A stretch of DNA of 48,882 nucleotides from a virus. Lineage: Duplodnaviria; Caudoviricetes. Location: positions 1-48,882 of the IMG/VR virus record IMGVR_UViG_3300011335_000824; one strand, written 5' to 3'. Made by a program: the position numbers and the translations under genes. The notes under the pieces were generated by a model. That model ran no database searches. It was given only the letters and a program-made list of their open reading frames with translations, and had not been told where the DNA came from. This document shows positions 1-7,049 of this stretch, piece after piece. The stretch's first letter is position 1; the number at the start of each line of letters is the position of its first letter.

Positions 1-110
1 GCTTGTTGTTGTAAATGGTCAAGGTTGGTAAATGTCAATGGTTTATTGTTATCAAAATATCCTTGCTTAAACATTTGCTCTACTAACCATTCTACTGCTG
101 TTTGTTTCAT
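1..110 (-). CDS. Partial small protein of the MKQTAVEWL family (runs off the window start)
   Basis: Manual translation from the ATG at 110: MKQTAVEWLVEQMFKQGYFDNNKPLTFTNLDHLQQQA...; same N-terminus as ORF 1675..1929. Confidence 0.75.
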   Translation of the reverse strand, partial: MKQTAVEWLVEQMFKQGYFDNNKPLTFTNLDHLQQQ

Positions 111-129
111 AGGTTATATCCTTTAATTA

Positions 130-288
130 TTATTTTTTTTCAATGCTATGCCCTTTATTTAGCCAAATTTTAATTAGTTCGTTGCAGTAAATCTTATCTT
201 CACAAATAGGTGTTTGTGTTATCTCAATTATGTATAACCCTATTTCTGTACTGCTCATTTCGTTTATTTGCCCTAATTCTATTCTCAT
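130..288 (-). CDS. Hypothetical protein, 52 aa (not in ORF track)
   Basis: Manual translation MRIELGQINEMSSTEIGLYIIEITQTPICEDKIYCNELIKIWLNKGHSIEKK*; A-rich start context; fills a gap on the coding strand. Confidence 0.55.
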   Translation of the reverse strand: MRIELGQINEMSSTEIGLYIIEITQTPICEDKIYCNELIKIWLNKGHSIEKK

Positions 289-326
289 AATTTTGTTATA
301 GCGACAATCCGCAAGTTAGCAGCAAC

Positions 327-641
327 CTAAGACAACGACTTCCAACCTTCTTCATTTTTCGGTTTAGGTAATGCTTCAAATTCTTCTTTTGTGTAAATCT
401 TGTAACCATCAGACTGCAACAACTCAAATCTTTTAGCTGCATATTTCATCGCATTATTGTAAAATGCCATTGCTGCTTTTGGGTCATTGACTGTTGGTTT
501 ACATATATCAGATAACGTATCAATGTTATCCAATAACGACCATAATTGTTCAGCAATTTCTCTCATAGATAGGCTGCTGCTAACAGGGGTTTTGTGAATA
601 TTGCCCTCGCCTTGATTAAACTTTTGTGGTTCTTTTGACAT
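327..641 (-). CDS. Hypothetical protein, cassette 1 cargo
   Basis: 104 aa ORF; its ATG lies in the loop of attC-like site 578-711. Confidence 0.7.
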   Translation of the reverse strand: MSKEPQKFNQGEGNIHKTPVSSSLSMREIAEQLWSLLDNIDTLSDICKPTVNDPKAAMAFYNNAMKYAAKRFELLQSDGYKIYTKEEFEALPKPKNEEGWKSLS

Positions 642-711
642 TTGTATTTCAATTTAACTGTTGTGCAATGTTTTAACAAGGGCAACATCACAAAGCCCCG
701 ATACGTTAGCA
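578..711 (+). repeat. attC-like inverted repeat 1
   Basis: TGCTAAC-A-GGGGTTTTGTGAATATTGCCCT (586-607) ... AGGGCAACATCACAAAGCCCC (679-699)-GATAC-GTTAGCA; one extra base in the left arm. Confidence 0.8.
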
Positions 712-726
712 AACATTAAAACGATT

Positions 727-1075
727 TGCTAACAAGGCATAAAACGTAATATTTAAAAATTTATATTGCATCTAACTCGCCTTCTAATCCCTCAATGAAC
801 TTTTCCAAATAAGAGATAGCGGAATGTTTAATGGCTTCAATCAAAATCCAATTTCCTGACTCTATTGCTTCTCCTATGCTAAACACACAATTATCAACGG
901 CACTTTCCCCCGATTTCTCAAACTTGATAAATTGATTTTTGTTTAGCTTTTCAAAATTGCCTTTTTGTATTTTAGCCACCTTTATCTTTTGTAAAAGTTC
1001 CGCTACTCTTTGTGCTTGTTCTATTTTCATATCGTTAAATTTTTAAATACTACGTTTATGCCATATACGTTATAC
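727..1075 (+). repeat. attC-like inverted repeat 2, with a whole ORF in its loop
   Basis: TGCTAAC-AA-GGCATAAAACGTAATATTTAAAAATTTA (736-763) ... TAAATTTTTAAATACTACGTTTATGCC (1036-1062)-ATATAC-GTTATAC; one extra base and one mismatch. Confidence 0.75.
761..1030 (-). CDS. Hypothetical protein, cassette 2 cargo
   Basis: 89 aa ORF lying between the two arms of attC-like repeat 2. Confidence 0.7.
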   Translation of the reverse strand: MKIEQAQRVAELLQKIKVAKIQKGNFEKLNKNQFIKFEKSGESAVDNCVFSIGEAIESGNWILIEAIKHSAISYLEKFIEGLEGELDAI

Positions 1076-1300
1076 GAAAGGTGGTTTTGGAAACTCTCTC
1101 CAATACAATACTTTTGGGTAACAACTCCACCTAAATTGTAAATAACCTTTATCGGTGGTATAACTTGCCTCTGCCATTCCTTGCTCTGTCCATATTAAAA
1201 TACTTCTGCTGTCATTAGGTGGAACATCTTCGTTAAACCACCCATCGCATAACAGAACATTGGCGTTATTGCTTTGTTCTTCGTTTGATACTTTTGTCAT
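1070..1300 (-). CDS. Hypothetical protein resembling DUF551-type phage proteins, cassette 3 cargo
   Basis: 76 aa; W...PP...ILIW...VLYWREFPKPP pattern; its stop codon is the TTA of the core site. Confidence 0.65.
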   Translation of the reverse strand: MTKVSNEEQSNNANVLLCDGWFNEDVPPNDSRSILIWTEQGMAEASYTTDKGYLQFRWSCYPKVLYWREFPKPPFV

Positions 1301-1366
1301 AATATTAAAGTTTATCGTTTCTAATTAAATTTTGTGGCAACAACGCCAATCTGCAAAACGTTAGGT
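1247..1366 (+). repeat. attC-like inverted repeat 3
   Basis: GCATAAC-AGAAC-ATTGGCGTTATTGC (1259-1272) ... GCAACAACGCCAAT (1337-1350)-CTGCAAAAC-GTTAGGT; 13/14 bp arm match. Confidence 0.8.
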
Positions 1367-1372
1367 GCAATG

Positions 1373-1555
1373 CTATGACGGCTCACATTTAGCATCAGGC
1401 ATTTGATTAAACACCTCTGCAATAGTTTCTTTTGTAAAACCATCAATCTCTAATGCTAATTGAATTGCATCTCTAATGGCATAAGGATAATGCACATCTT
1501 TTAAGTCAATTGTAACTTCGGGTTGTTGTTCGTTTCTTTTTACTACTATTTTCAT
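1373..1555 (-). CDS. Hypothetical protein, cassette 4 cargo (alternative GTG start at 1594)
   Basis: ORF track 1373..1594; the ATG at 1555 (MKIVVKR...) has an AAATAAA context. Confidence 0.65.
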   Translation of the reverse strand: MKIVVKRNEQQPEVTIDLKDVHYPYAIRDAIQLALEIDGFTKETIAEVFNQMPDAKCEPS

Positions 1556-1631
1556 TTTATTTGAATTTGTGAGAAGCACTGCACCTAACAGCACATAGGC
1601 AATAGTTGCCAGAAACTTCTCGGTTAATAAT

Positions 1632-1673
1632 TTAATTTATCATAGTCAACCATTCTACTGCTGTTTGTTTCAT
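1632..1673 (-). pseudogene. Truncated MKQTAVEWL-family remnant (MKQTAVEWLTMIN*)
   Basis: 27 bp identical to 85-111, fused to the truncated left arm of the fourth attC-like site. Confidence 0.55.
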
Positions 1674-1674
1674 A

Positions 1675-1929
1675 TTAGTCTTGTTTGTTTTTAATATAAT
1701 TTACTAAACCATCTAACCCTGATGATATTTCAGCTTCATGGTGAAATGGTTTATTACAGTTAGGTAATTCTTTATTTTTATATTCTTTAATTAGTAATAA
1801 AAAAGCATTAACTATCTGCTCCTTCTCCATTTCTTTTGCTTGTTCAATCAATTTTTCAAAACTTACATCTTCATTTCCCCAATGTGTATGTAGTTGTATT
1901 ACTAACCATTCTACTGCTGTTTTTTTCAT
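1675..1929 (-). CDS. Hypothetical protein, MKQTAVEWL family
   Basis: 84 aa; MKKTAVEWL...EQAKEMEKEQI; ATGA overlap with the upstream gene. Confidence 0.8.
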   Translation of the reverse strand: MKKTAVEWLVIQLHTHWGNEDVSFEKLIEQAKEMEKEQIVNAFLLLIKEYKNKELPNCNKPFHHEAEISSGLDGLVNYIKNKQD

Positions 1930-2606
1930 AGTTTAAATGTATTTCCGTGACTACTTAATTTTCCAAACTTACCATCAGTGACAACACTTCCATTGCTGTA
2001 AATTGTATCGTGGTTTGACAGTTTCATTGTTCCAGCATTGATGATGTCTTCATTGTTGTGAATGTGTCCAAACAAGCATAGTTTAGGATTTAAAAGATAC
2101 ATACGTTTTCTTAATGCCTCATCTCCACAAAATTCTACACAATTTAACTGGTGATAAGCCAAGTCTAGTATTCCTTTAGGTGGTCCGTGTGTAACCACAA
2201 TGTCAACATCATCTGGGATTTCTTTCCATATGTCATGTAAAGCACTTCTTTTCTTGTTAAATGCCCATCCTTCACCAAATGTAGGTGTAAATGGAGAGCC
2301 CCATATTTTAAGTCCTTCTACCTCAGTATAGTCATTTTCTAAGTAGACAATTCCATTTTTCATGAAGTCAATTTTTGTAACAAGATTTCTTTCAATGCAT
2401 AAATCATGGTTTCCAGCAACAAATACTTTGTGCTTGATGGGCAATGAACTAAACCAAGAGATAAAGTTTAACATTTCTTGTTCACTTGCATAAGGGTCTC
2501 TTGGATTAGTTGCATCACCACTGTGAATTACCATGTCAATGTCTTCAGGTACTTTTAACAGTCCGTGGTAGGTGTGGGTGTCACTTATGTGCCAAATTTT
2601 CATCAT
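1926..2606 (-). CDS. Calcineurin-like metallophosphoesterase
   Basis: Motifs ISDTH, HSGD, AGNHD, THGPP, FGHIH. Confidence 0.92.
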   Translation of the reverse strand: MMKIWHISDTHTYHGLLKVPEDIDMVIHSGDATNPRDPYASEQEMLNFISWFSSLPIKHKVFVAGNHDLCIERNLVTKIDFMKNGIVYLENDYTEVEGLKIWGSPFTPTFGEGWAFNKKRSALHDIWKEIPDDVDIVVTHGPPKGILDLAYHQLNCVEFCGDEALRKRMYLLNPKLCLFGHIHNNEDIINAGTMKLSNHDTIYSNGSVVTDGKFGKLSSHGNTFKL

Positions 2607-2610
2607 TGTT

Positions 2611-2642
2611 TAAATATATGTTAGTATATTTTGCAGGCCTAA
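2611..2642 (-). promoter_or_regulatory. Bacteroidota-type -33/-7 promoter
   Basis: TTAG-N20-TATATTTA on the minus strand; motif repeated about 12 times in the window. Confidence 0.7.
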
Positions 2643-3013
2643 TAATCCAACCAATTATTCTCTATTAATGTTCCTATAAACATTTTTAGTTGTGCAATTT
2701 CAGACTTGTTAAGTATGTTAGATATCTCATCTAATGCTTCTTTTTCACCTTTAAATAATCCCTTTATCCAAGTAACATTGTCCCAATAGTCTGACTCTTT
2801 TGTAAGTTTATTTGTGTATTTAATGTCAACAGTATCCTTAAAAAAGATTTCATTGTTGTAATCTGAATACATTCGAGATGCTTCAAACATGCAATCGTCT
2901 AGTTCAAGAAGACATTGTTGAGTGTATATTAAATCTTGTGGTTCTGTTTGTGGTTGTTCTTCTTCTTTAACATACCAAGTTCCATTTATTTGTATTCTGT
3001 CTTCTGTTTTCAT
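2639..3013 (-). CDS. Hypothetical protein
   Basis: 124 aa ORF, ATGA-coupled to the upstream gene. Confidence 0.75.
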   Translation of the reverse strand: MKTEDRIQINGTWYVKEEEQPQTEPQDLIYTQQCLLELDDCMFEASRMYSDYNNEIFFKDTVDIKYTNKLTKESDYWDNVTWIKGLFKGEKEALDEISNILNKSEIAQLKMFIGTLIENNWLDY

Positions 3014-3219
3014 AGTTTTTCTATTTCTTTTTTAACTTCATTCCAATAATCAAATCTTTTAGTTTCCATGTACACATTATCACTTCCATTCCAATTGTAA
3101 CATTCCTTGATAATTTCATCAACTGCTATTGTAGCAGCAGCCTTACCTCCATCTGTTGTCAATAGACATTCATTTGAAAACTTATCAACTAACTCTTTTG
3201 CTTTTTCCTTTGCTTTCAT
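3010..3219 (-). CDS. MTPKEKA-family small protein, copy 4
   Basis: MKAKEKAKELV...EVKKEIEKL. Confidence 0.8.
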   Translation of the reverse strand: MKAKEKAKELVDKFSNECLLTTDGGKAAATIAVDEIIKECYNWNGSDNVYMETKRFDYWNEVKKEIEKL

Positions 3220-3416
3220 AGTTTTTCTATTTCTTGTTTAACTTCAAACCAATATTCATATCTTATCATTCCTATCCTTAAGTCTTGACTGTATAGTATT
3301 TTTTTAATTTCATCCACCATAACTAAAGCACATTGTTTAGCTTCATTATAATCTAAACTTGTAACTGTAGTTTGGTAGTTAACAATTAACTCAGATGCCT
3401 TTTCTCTTGGTGTCAT
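3216..3416 (-). CDS. MTPKEKA-family small protein, copy 3
   Basis: MTPREKASEL...EVKQEIEKL. Confidence 0.8.
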   Translation of the reverse strand: MTPREKASELIVNYQTTVTSLDYNEAKQCALVMVDEIKKILYSQDLRIGMIRYEYWFEVKQEIEKL

Positions 3417-3637
3417 AGTTTTTCTATTTCTTGTTTAACTTCTTCCCAAAATATTATTTCATTACTATTATCTTCTATATGTCTATTGTGAAACTTAATC
3501 ATTAAAGACAATATCTCATTACAAGATATTAAAGCACATTGTTTAGATTGTTCTTTATAACCTCTATAAGTGTCATCAAAGTTAAACTCATCTGCATATT
3601 TATCAAATAACTCTTTTGCTTTTTCTTTTGGTGTCAT
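3413..3637 (-). CDS. MTPKEKA-family small protein, copy 2
   Basis: MTPKEKAKEL...EVKQEIEKL. Confidence 0.8.
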   Translation of the reverse strand: MTPKEKAKELFDKYADEFNFDDTYRGYKEQSKQCALISCNEILSLMIKFHNRHIEDNSNEIIFWEEVKQEIEKL

Positions 3638-4410
3638 AGTTTTTCTATTTCTTGTTTAACTTCAATCCAATAACTTTTAGCAGCTACATTAGGTGTCATG
3701 AAATTGTACTGTGTTATAATTTCATCAACTGCTATTGTAGCAGCAGCCTTACCTCCATCTGTTGTCAATGAGATCGCAAATGAATATGTGTCAACTAACT
3801 CTTTTGCTTTTTCTTTTGGTGTCATTTGTTTATGTTTGTTTAACGCATCTTTTAATAATTCAATGTCAAATACTATTGGACCATACTCTTCATTAGAGCA
3901 GTCAAATATTACTTTGTTGTCTTCAAGTTTAATGTAAGCTGACCTATGCCATTTTGCATCTCCTTTAAATACCATTGTTGATTTTACATCCTCATTGTGC
4001 TCATAAGCTCCATCAGGCCCAATTTGAAAGTCATCTGAAATGTATGGCTCATTGTCTAAACCATCATTTAATGTTACATCCCAATCTTTTAATTCATCTT
4101 CTTCAGGTAATGGTCCGCAGTCACAGTAAGATGTGTGACCACAGTAACATTTGGTTACCATTTTATCTTCTTCAGATGTAATTATTCTTGCAAATTTAGG
4201 AAAGTGCTCAGGTCCGTTGTTGTCAAAATCAATGAATATTTCAAAGTCTACTTCCAATCCTTCATTAGAATCATACAATGCTAATCCATTTAATCTACCA
4301 TTGTCTACTAATGGCAGTGCATTTTGATTTTTCTTTACAATGTTTTCTCCAACTACTTCATCATAAATTACAATCCATCCTTGTGTTGTTTTATGCAATA
4401 TTCCTTTCAT
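3634..4410 (-). CDS. Mosaic hypothetical protein with a C-terminal MTPKEKA module (copy 1)
   Basis: 258 aa; internal CYCGHTSYCDC motif; the last ~63 aa are paralogous to the three downstream ORFs. Confidence 0.75.
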   Translation of the reverse strand: MKGILHKTTQGWIVIYDEVVGENIVKKNQNALPLVDNGRLNGLALYDSNEGLEVDFEIFIDFDNNGPEHFPKFARIITSEEDKMVTKCYCGHTSYCDCGPLPEEDELKDWDVTLNDGLDNEPYISDDFQIGPDGAYEHNEDVKSTMVFKGDAKWHRSAYIKLEDNKVIFDCSNEEYGPIVFDIELLKDALNKHKQMTPKEKAKELVDTYSFAISLTTDGGKAAATIAVDEIITQYNFMTPNVAAKSYWIEVKQEIEKL

Positions 4411-4430
4411 ATTATAACTTTTATTTAATG

Positions 4431-4462
4431 TGAATATATGATAGTTAACTTTGCAAGCCTAA
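4431..4462 (-). promoter_or_regulatory. Bacteroidota-type -33/-7 promoter
   Basis: TTAGGCTTGCAAA...CATATATTCA. Confidence 0.65.
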
Positions 4463-4465
4463 CTT

Positions 4466-5548
4466 TTACTCATAACTTCCTCTGTCTATTTTAATTACTT
4501 TAGGAAATCTTGGCTTACCATCAGGTGTTAAGTTGAAGTATTTCACTGTGGCTTGTTTGCCAATTAACTTATCTTTACTGTTCCACAGTTCTTCTAAATA
4601 GTCCCATCCACCATTTATTGAAGCGTTGAATGTGTCTCCTTTACTTGTTTTAAACACAAGTGCTCCCATTTTACCTGTTAAGTTGCCTTTACCCTGTTCT
4701 ACTCCTATAATTTTATACTCTGTGTCTATAAACGATTTGTGTTTTAAAAGCGACTTACTGCGTTTATTTTCATATGGTAAATTCAATCTTAACATTTGAC
4801 CTTCATAGCCTGATGCAACATAGTTACCATATAATGTTAGTGCGTCCTTTTCAGTTTCCACTAGATAAGTTTCAACTATTACACAGCAGCTAGGTAGTTT
4901 TATTTTATTATGCAACTCCTTGTATCGTTCCGTAAAGATACCAGCATTACTTGGTAGATCATAGATATGATATTCAATTACCTTAGCACTATCAATAAGA
5001 TCTTGTGCAGTGGGTTTTGTCTTCTTCACCAATGAACAAATGGCGTTAAAGTCATTTGCAAATTTGTCTGCGTACAACTCACCATCAAATATCAAATCAG
5101 GATTTACTGTAAATAAGTGCTTCATTGCTTCATAGATGTGAGGTGCAGATATAATTTTCTTTCCATTTCTACTCCACATGCCGTCTTCCTTAACAATACA
5201 ACGAATGCCGTCTAGTTTAGGTTGTGAGTAAATTGGATATTTTACTTTGTCTTTTTGATCTTCCCACTTATGAGCCAACATTGGTTCAAAATGAATTTCA
5301 TTGTCTATGTCTGACATGTTTTCAAATGAACCTGTTTCTATTTTTTTACGATGAATGGCTTGTGCTTCTTTTAACGCTTGTGCTTCTGCAGAACAGTAAG
5401 ATTTTGCTTCACACACTGTCCATTCAGATATGGTTTTTTTACCATCATCAAATCCAGTAATGCTTCGAAATTTGTTTGACTCAACTTCAATAATGAAGGT
5501 GTTAACCTTACCCTTTACTGAGCGTGAGTATAATGTGTTTAATTTCAT
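4466..5548 (-). CDS. ATP-dependent DNA ligase
   Basis: PMLA, QPKLDGIRC (motif I), FDGELY, YEGQMLR, LLKHK, and a C-terminal PRFP OB fold. Confidence 0.95.
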   Translation of the reverse strand: MKLNTLYSRSVKGKVNTFIIEVESNKFRSITGFDDGKKTISEWTVCEAKSYCSAEAQALKEAQAIHRKKIETGSFENMSDIDNEIHFEPMLAHKWEDQKDKVKYPIYSQPKLDGIRCIVKEDGMWSRNGKKIISAPHIYEAMKHLFTVNPDLIFDGELYADKFANDFNAICSLVKKTKPTAQDLIDSAKVIEYHIYDLPSNAGIFTERYKELHNKIKLPSCCVIVETYLVETEKDALTLYGNYVASGYEGQMLRLNLPYENKRSKSLLKHKSFIDTEYKIIGVEQGKGNLTGKMGALVFKTSKGDTFNASINGGWDYLEELWNSKDKLIGKQATVKYFNLTPDGKPRFPKVIKIDRGSYE

Positions 5549-5570
5549 AACCTTTATTTTTTTATTTACT

Positions 5571-5602
5571 TAAATATATGTTGAAAAACTTTGACTGCCT
5601 AA
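5571..5602 (-). promoter_or_regulatory. Bacteroidota-type -33/-7 promoter
   Basis: TTAGGCAGTCAAA...AACATATATTTA upstream of the ligase. Confidence 0.7.
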
Positions 5603-5872
5603 CTATTTGGTTTCTTTAAGTTCTTCAGCATGAATGTAGTCCCAAATTTCAAAAACTATAGGCAAAGGAAGTTCTACATTTTTGTCTTCAGATATTTTTG
5701 ATAAAATCTGTTCTAGGTGTTTTCGTTTTTCTTCTTCTTCTTGAAGAGCATTTTGCATTACACGAATAATTGCTCTGTATTCATTTCCCATTGCAGTGGG
5801 AAATACATTTTCTTTAATAAAAATTCTAAAGTTGTTTAGAGTTGTCTTTAGTGATGTCATCATTTTTTTCAT
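5603..5872 (-). CDS. Hypothetical protein
   Basis: 89 aa ORF on the coding strand. Confidence 0.65.
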   Translation of the reverse strand: MKKMMTSLKTTLNNFRIFIKENVFPTAMGNEYRAIIRVMQNALQEEEEKRKHLEQILSKISEDKNVELPLPIVFEIWDYIHAEELKETK

Positions 5873-6062
5873 TTAAGATGTTTTTTAAATTGTTAATGTA
5901 AGAAATGTAAAACTCGTAAGGTATTTTTGTTCCTAAACACAGTATAGTAAGATTGTCTATCATTTGTCTAGCTACTGTTATGTGATTTTTATTGACACAA
6001 GATGTGATTACATTGCATATTTTAATGTACTTTTCAAAAAAATGTTGATTATAGTCTTCCAT
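5826..6062 (-). CDS. Hypothetical protein
   Basis: 78 aa ORF on the coding strand. Confidence 0.6.
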   Translation of the reverse strand: MEDYNQHFFEKYIKICNVITSCVNKNHITVARQMIDNLTILCLGTKIPYEFYISYINNLKNILNEKNDDITKDNSKQL

Positions 6063-6339
6063 ATTTCTTAGATTTAACTACAACTCTAGAATCCATATCG
6101 TTTAAAAATATCAATCCTATTTTTTCAGGTTCTTTAACTAAAATGTTTGTACCGTATAAATATATTGGTCCTTCATACTGTTCAGTGACATATGACTGAT
6201 CATTATTTGAATGTGAAATGCGCCTTGGACTGTTGTATGAACGAAATTCTTTTGACGTCACCCTATACCATTCATTGTTTGACAGTTTCACTTCTAAACA
6301 GGCAGAAGCATTAAAAAGACACACCATTTTTTCTTTCAT
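6049..6339 (-). CDS. Hypothetical protein
   Basis: 96 aa ORF, ATGA-coupled. Confidence 0.7.
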   Translation of the reverse strand: MKEKMVCLFNASACLEVKLSNNEWYRVTSKEFRSYNSPRRISHSNNDQSYVTEQYEGPIYLYGTNILVKEPEKIGLIFLNDMDSRVVVKSKKYGRL

Positions 6340-6554
6340 ATAAACATTTGTTCAATTTTAAAGTATGATGCTCGTTGTAGCATGTTAAATTTTTCTTGGC
6401 CTCGCAAACATTTTGCGTTTAATATGTCTGTTGAAAAGTTAAGATCTCCACCTATTAAACCTACAAACACAGAGGCATGTTCATTCAACACAATGTATTC
6501 TGGCTCTATTTGTTGTGGTGGAATCCAACGTTTACATTTTCCATTCTTTTTCAT
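6336..6554 (-). CDS. Hypothetical protein (likely start MKKNGK at 6554)
   Basis: ORF track 6336..6608; the internal ATG reduces overlap with the upstream gene. Confidence 0.6.
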   Translation of the reverse strand: MKKNGKCKRWIPPQQIEPEYIVLNEHASVFVGLIGGDLNFSTDILNAKCLRGQEKFNMLQRASYFKIEQMFI

Positions 6555-6789
6555 AGTCTTTTCTTGTTGGCCAAATGTATGTTTCTGTGGCAATCCAAAA
6601 TCTCTCAAACCATGTTTCTACTTTAACACCTTCTAGTAAGTCTTTGTCTTTGGCTCCGTTTAAGTTGTTTTTGGTCAACATTAATATGCCTTTGTCAAGT
6701 ACTTGCTCAGCTTGTTCTAAGTTGTTTTCACTGATTAACTGGCGTGCTTCAAGCCATGTTTTTGTCATTGGTCCTTTTTCTTTCTTCAT
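6532..6789 (-). CDS. Hypothetical protein
   Basis: 85 aa ORF on the coding strand. Confidence 0.7.
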   Translation of the reverse strand: MKKEKGPMTKTWLEARQLISENNLEQAEQVLDKGILMLTKNNLNGAKDKDLLEGVKVETWFERFWIATETYIWPTRKDYEKEWKM

Positions 6790-6801
6790 TGGTTTGGTTT
6801 T

Positions 6802-6987
6802 TTAGTAAAAAAAGTAATATGAGATTGCACCAGCAATTATGTATATTGTAAGTCTAGTGTAGTCTCGTTCTATAATAATTCTTTTAATTTCTTCATAAAC
6901 AGCATAGATCATTCCAATCAGTAGTACAACTACAATTATTTGCATAATACCTCCCATAAGTGAATTTTCATTTTTATTGTCTTCCAT
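6802..6987 (-). CDS. Small membrane protein (2 hydrophobic segments)
   Basis: IMQIIVVVLLIGMIYAVY and LTIYIIAGAISYYFFY; has its own promoter. Confidence 0.7.
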   Translation of the reverse strand: MEDNKNENSLMGGIMQIIVVVLLIGMIYAVYEEIKRIIIERDYTRLTIYIIAGAISYYFFY

Positions 6988-7009
6988 AACCTTTATTTTT
7001 TTATTTACT

Positions 7010-7041
7010 TAAATATATGTTTAAAGACTTTGAAAGCCTAA
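7010..7041 (-). promoter_or_regulatory. Bacteroidota-type -33/-7 promoter
   Basis: TTAGGCTTTCAAA...AACATATATTTA. Confidence 0.7.
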
Positions 7042-7049
7042 CACTTTAC

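Larger units (their letters stand above)
315..1610 (+). mobile_element. Integron-like cassette array without integrase in the window (CALIN-like): 3 complete cassettes (316-705, 706-1069, 1070-1360) and 1 truncated
   Basis: Each unit begins GTTA.. and carries a complementary ..TAAC inverse core (14/15, 9/9, 16/19 and 14/15 bp), followed by a long imperfect inverted repeat ending at the next GTT. Confidence 0.75.
3010..3825 (-). repeat. Tandem paralogous mini-gene array (4 units of about 200 bp)
   Basis: Junction sequence catagtttttctatttctt(g/t)tttaacttc occurs 4 times; an identical 54 bp block lies at 3110-3163 and 3716-3769. Confidence 0.9.

Noticed and set aside
3010-3663. Four ~28 bp repeats as a CRISPR array
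   Set aside because: Spacing is about 200 bp and the repeats are coding gene junctions. There is no cas operon; the Cas4-like nuclease sits in a replication context.
3110-3769. 54 bp duplicate as a DGR template/variable repeat pair
   Set aside because: The copies are identical, with no adenine-specific differences, and there is no reverse transcriptase in the window.
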